A stretch of DNA of 63,514 nt, counting the filler, from Octopus bimaculoides (taxonomy: Eukaryota): the NCBI RefSeq assembly GCF_001194135.2. It is 4 parts of 4 records of this genome, joined end to end, with 100 filler letters (N's around TTAATTAATTAA, not from the genome) between each part and the next. Parts side by side here need not be neighbours in the genome. Positions count along the whole stretch, not along the records: positions 61,660 to 63,514 come from NC_068981.1; 3 more parts are not named here. One strand, given 5' to 3'. The position numbers and the translations under genes were made by a program. Positions within the stretch are counted from its first letter, which is position 1; each line of letters opens with the position of its first letter. Shown piece after piece: positions 62,273 to 63,514 of this stretch. The notes below the pieces were generated by a model. It made no database searches. It saw nothing but the letters and a program-made list of their open reading frames with translations, and was not told the origin of the DNA.

Positions 62273-62885
62273 NNNNNNNNNNNNNNNNNNNNNNNNNNNN
62301 NNNNNNNNNNNNNNNNNNNNNNNNNNNNNNNNNNNNNNNNNNNNNNNNNNNNNNNNNNNNNNNNNNNNNNNNNNNNNNNNNNNNNNNNNNNNNNNNNNNN
62401 NNNNNNNNNNNNNNNNNNNNNNNNNNNNNNNNNNNNNNNNNNNNNNNNNNNNNNNNNNNNNNNNNNNNNNNNNNNNNNNNNNNNNNNNNNNNNNNNNNNN
62501 NNNNNNNNNNNNNNNNNNNNNNNNNNNNNNNNNNNNNNNNNNNNNNNNNNNNNNNNNNNNNNNNNNNNNNNNNNNNNNNNNNNNNNNNNNNNNNNNNNNN
62601 NNNNNNNNNNNNNNNNNNNNNNNNNNNNNNNNNNNNNNNNNNNNNNNNNNNNNNNNNNNNNNNNNNNNNNNNNNNNNNNNNNNNNNNNNNNNNNNNNNNN
62701 NNNNNNNNNNNNNNNNNNNNNNNNNNNNNNNNNNNNNNNNNNNNNNNNNNNNNNNNNNNNNNNNNNNNNNNNNNNNNNNNNNNNNNNNNNNNNNNNNNNN
62801 NNNNNNNNNNNNNNNNNNNNNNNNNNNNNNNNNNNNNNNNNNNNNNNNNNNNNNNNNNNNNNNNATATATATATATATATATATA

Positions 62886-62960
62886 TAACGACGGGCTTCT
62901 TTCAGCTTCCGTCTACCAAATCCACTCACAAAGCTTTAGTCTGCCCGAGGCTATAGTAGA
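62886..62960 (-). mobile_element. SINE family A core fragment, CpG-retaining
   Basis: acgacgggcttctttcagcttccgtctaccaaatccactcacaaagc. Confidence 0.8.
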
Positions 62961-63452
62961 AAACACGCCTATACATATATAAGTGTGTGTGTATATATAT
63001 ATATATATGTGTGTGTGTGTGAACATATGTATATGTATATATGTACACACACACATACGATATGTATGTATTTTTATGACAAAGAGAGGCTTATTGTTAT
63101 TATGGTCTTGTCCCAGGTCATATCTCATCAAGCAAGTCTTTTATCAGAAGCATTTCATCCGTGACCAACATGTCAGTTGCTTCTAAGCAGGGGATCCGGG
63201 AAGATATTACTCTAAGTATACTTTCGTAAAGAATTTTAGCTGTGATTTGAGGAGATCTAACAGCAATTTCTAGCAGTTAGAATAACTACGCGGCGGCTCC
63301 TTTCTTAACATCAGCGTGGATGATAGGAATAGAATAATAGATGAGTCGATTGAAAGCTATTGTCATTGTGTATGTTTAGCAATAGATTTGTAACTTGTTC
63401 CTTTATTCTAATGTTTTATCTCCTATCTATCTATTTATCTATCTATCTGTGT

Positions 63453-63514
<62 letters not shown>

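Overview
Repeat-dominated, AT-rich animal genomic DNA with many N-gaps and dense (TA)n/(CA)n/(TATC)n/(TACA)n microsatellites. The repeat families look like octopus/coleoid ones (from recall of the families, not a database search). No host protein-coding gene is confidently identifiable; at most there is one candidate 30-nt microexon. Content: a decayed FLYWCH-MULE (Phantom-like) transposon with foldback-type ends; several RTE LINEs, one near full-length with an 8-bp TSD nested in an older LINE; three Penelope-like (GIY-YIG) fragments; a mariner 3' end; hAT and TA-target MITEs; non-autonomous Helitron-like pieces; two LTR-like segments; and at least three tRNA-derived SINE families, one forming a head-to-tail array. 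The most interesting signal is a near-canonical minimal type I hammerhead ribozyme motif (19174-19216) inside a 250-bp inverted-repeat-bounded element. The right half of that element recurs 41 kb away as a 109-bp-arm foldback, and several more degenerate hammerhead-like cores lie in Penelope-type termini. Three identical artificial 100-nt spacers (44N-TTAATTAATTAA-44N) show that the window is stitched from about four scaffolds, so long-range adjacency is not guaranteed. All alignments and counts were made by eye.
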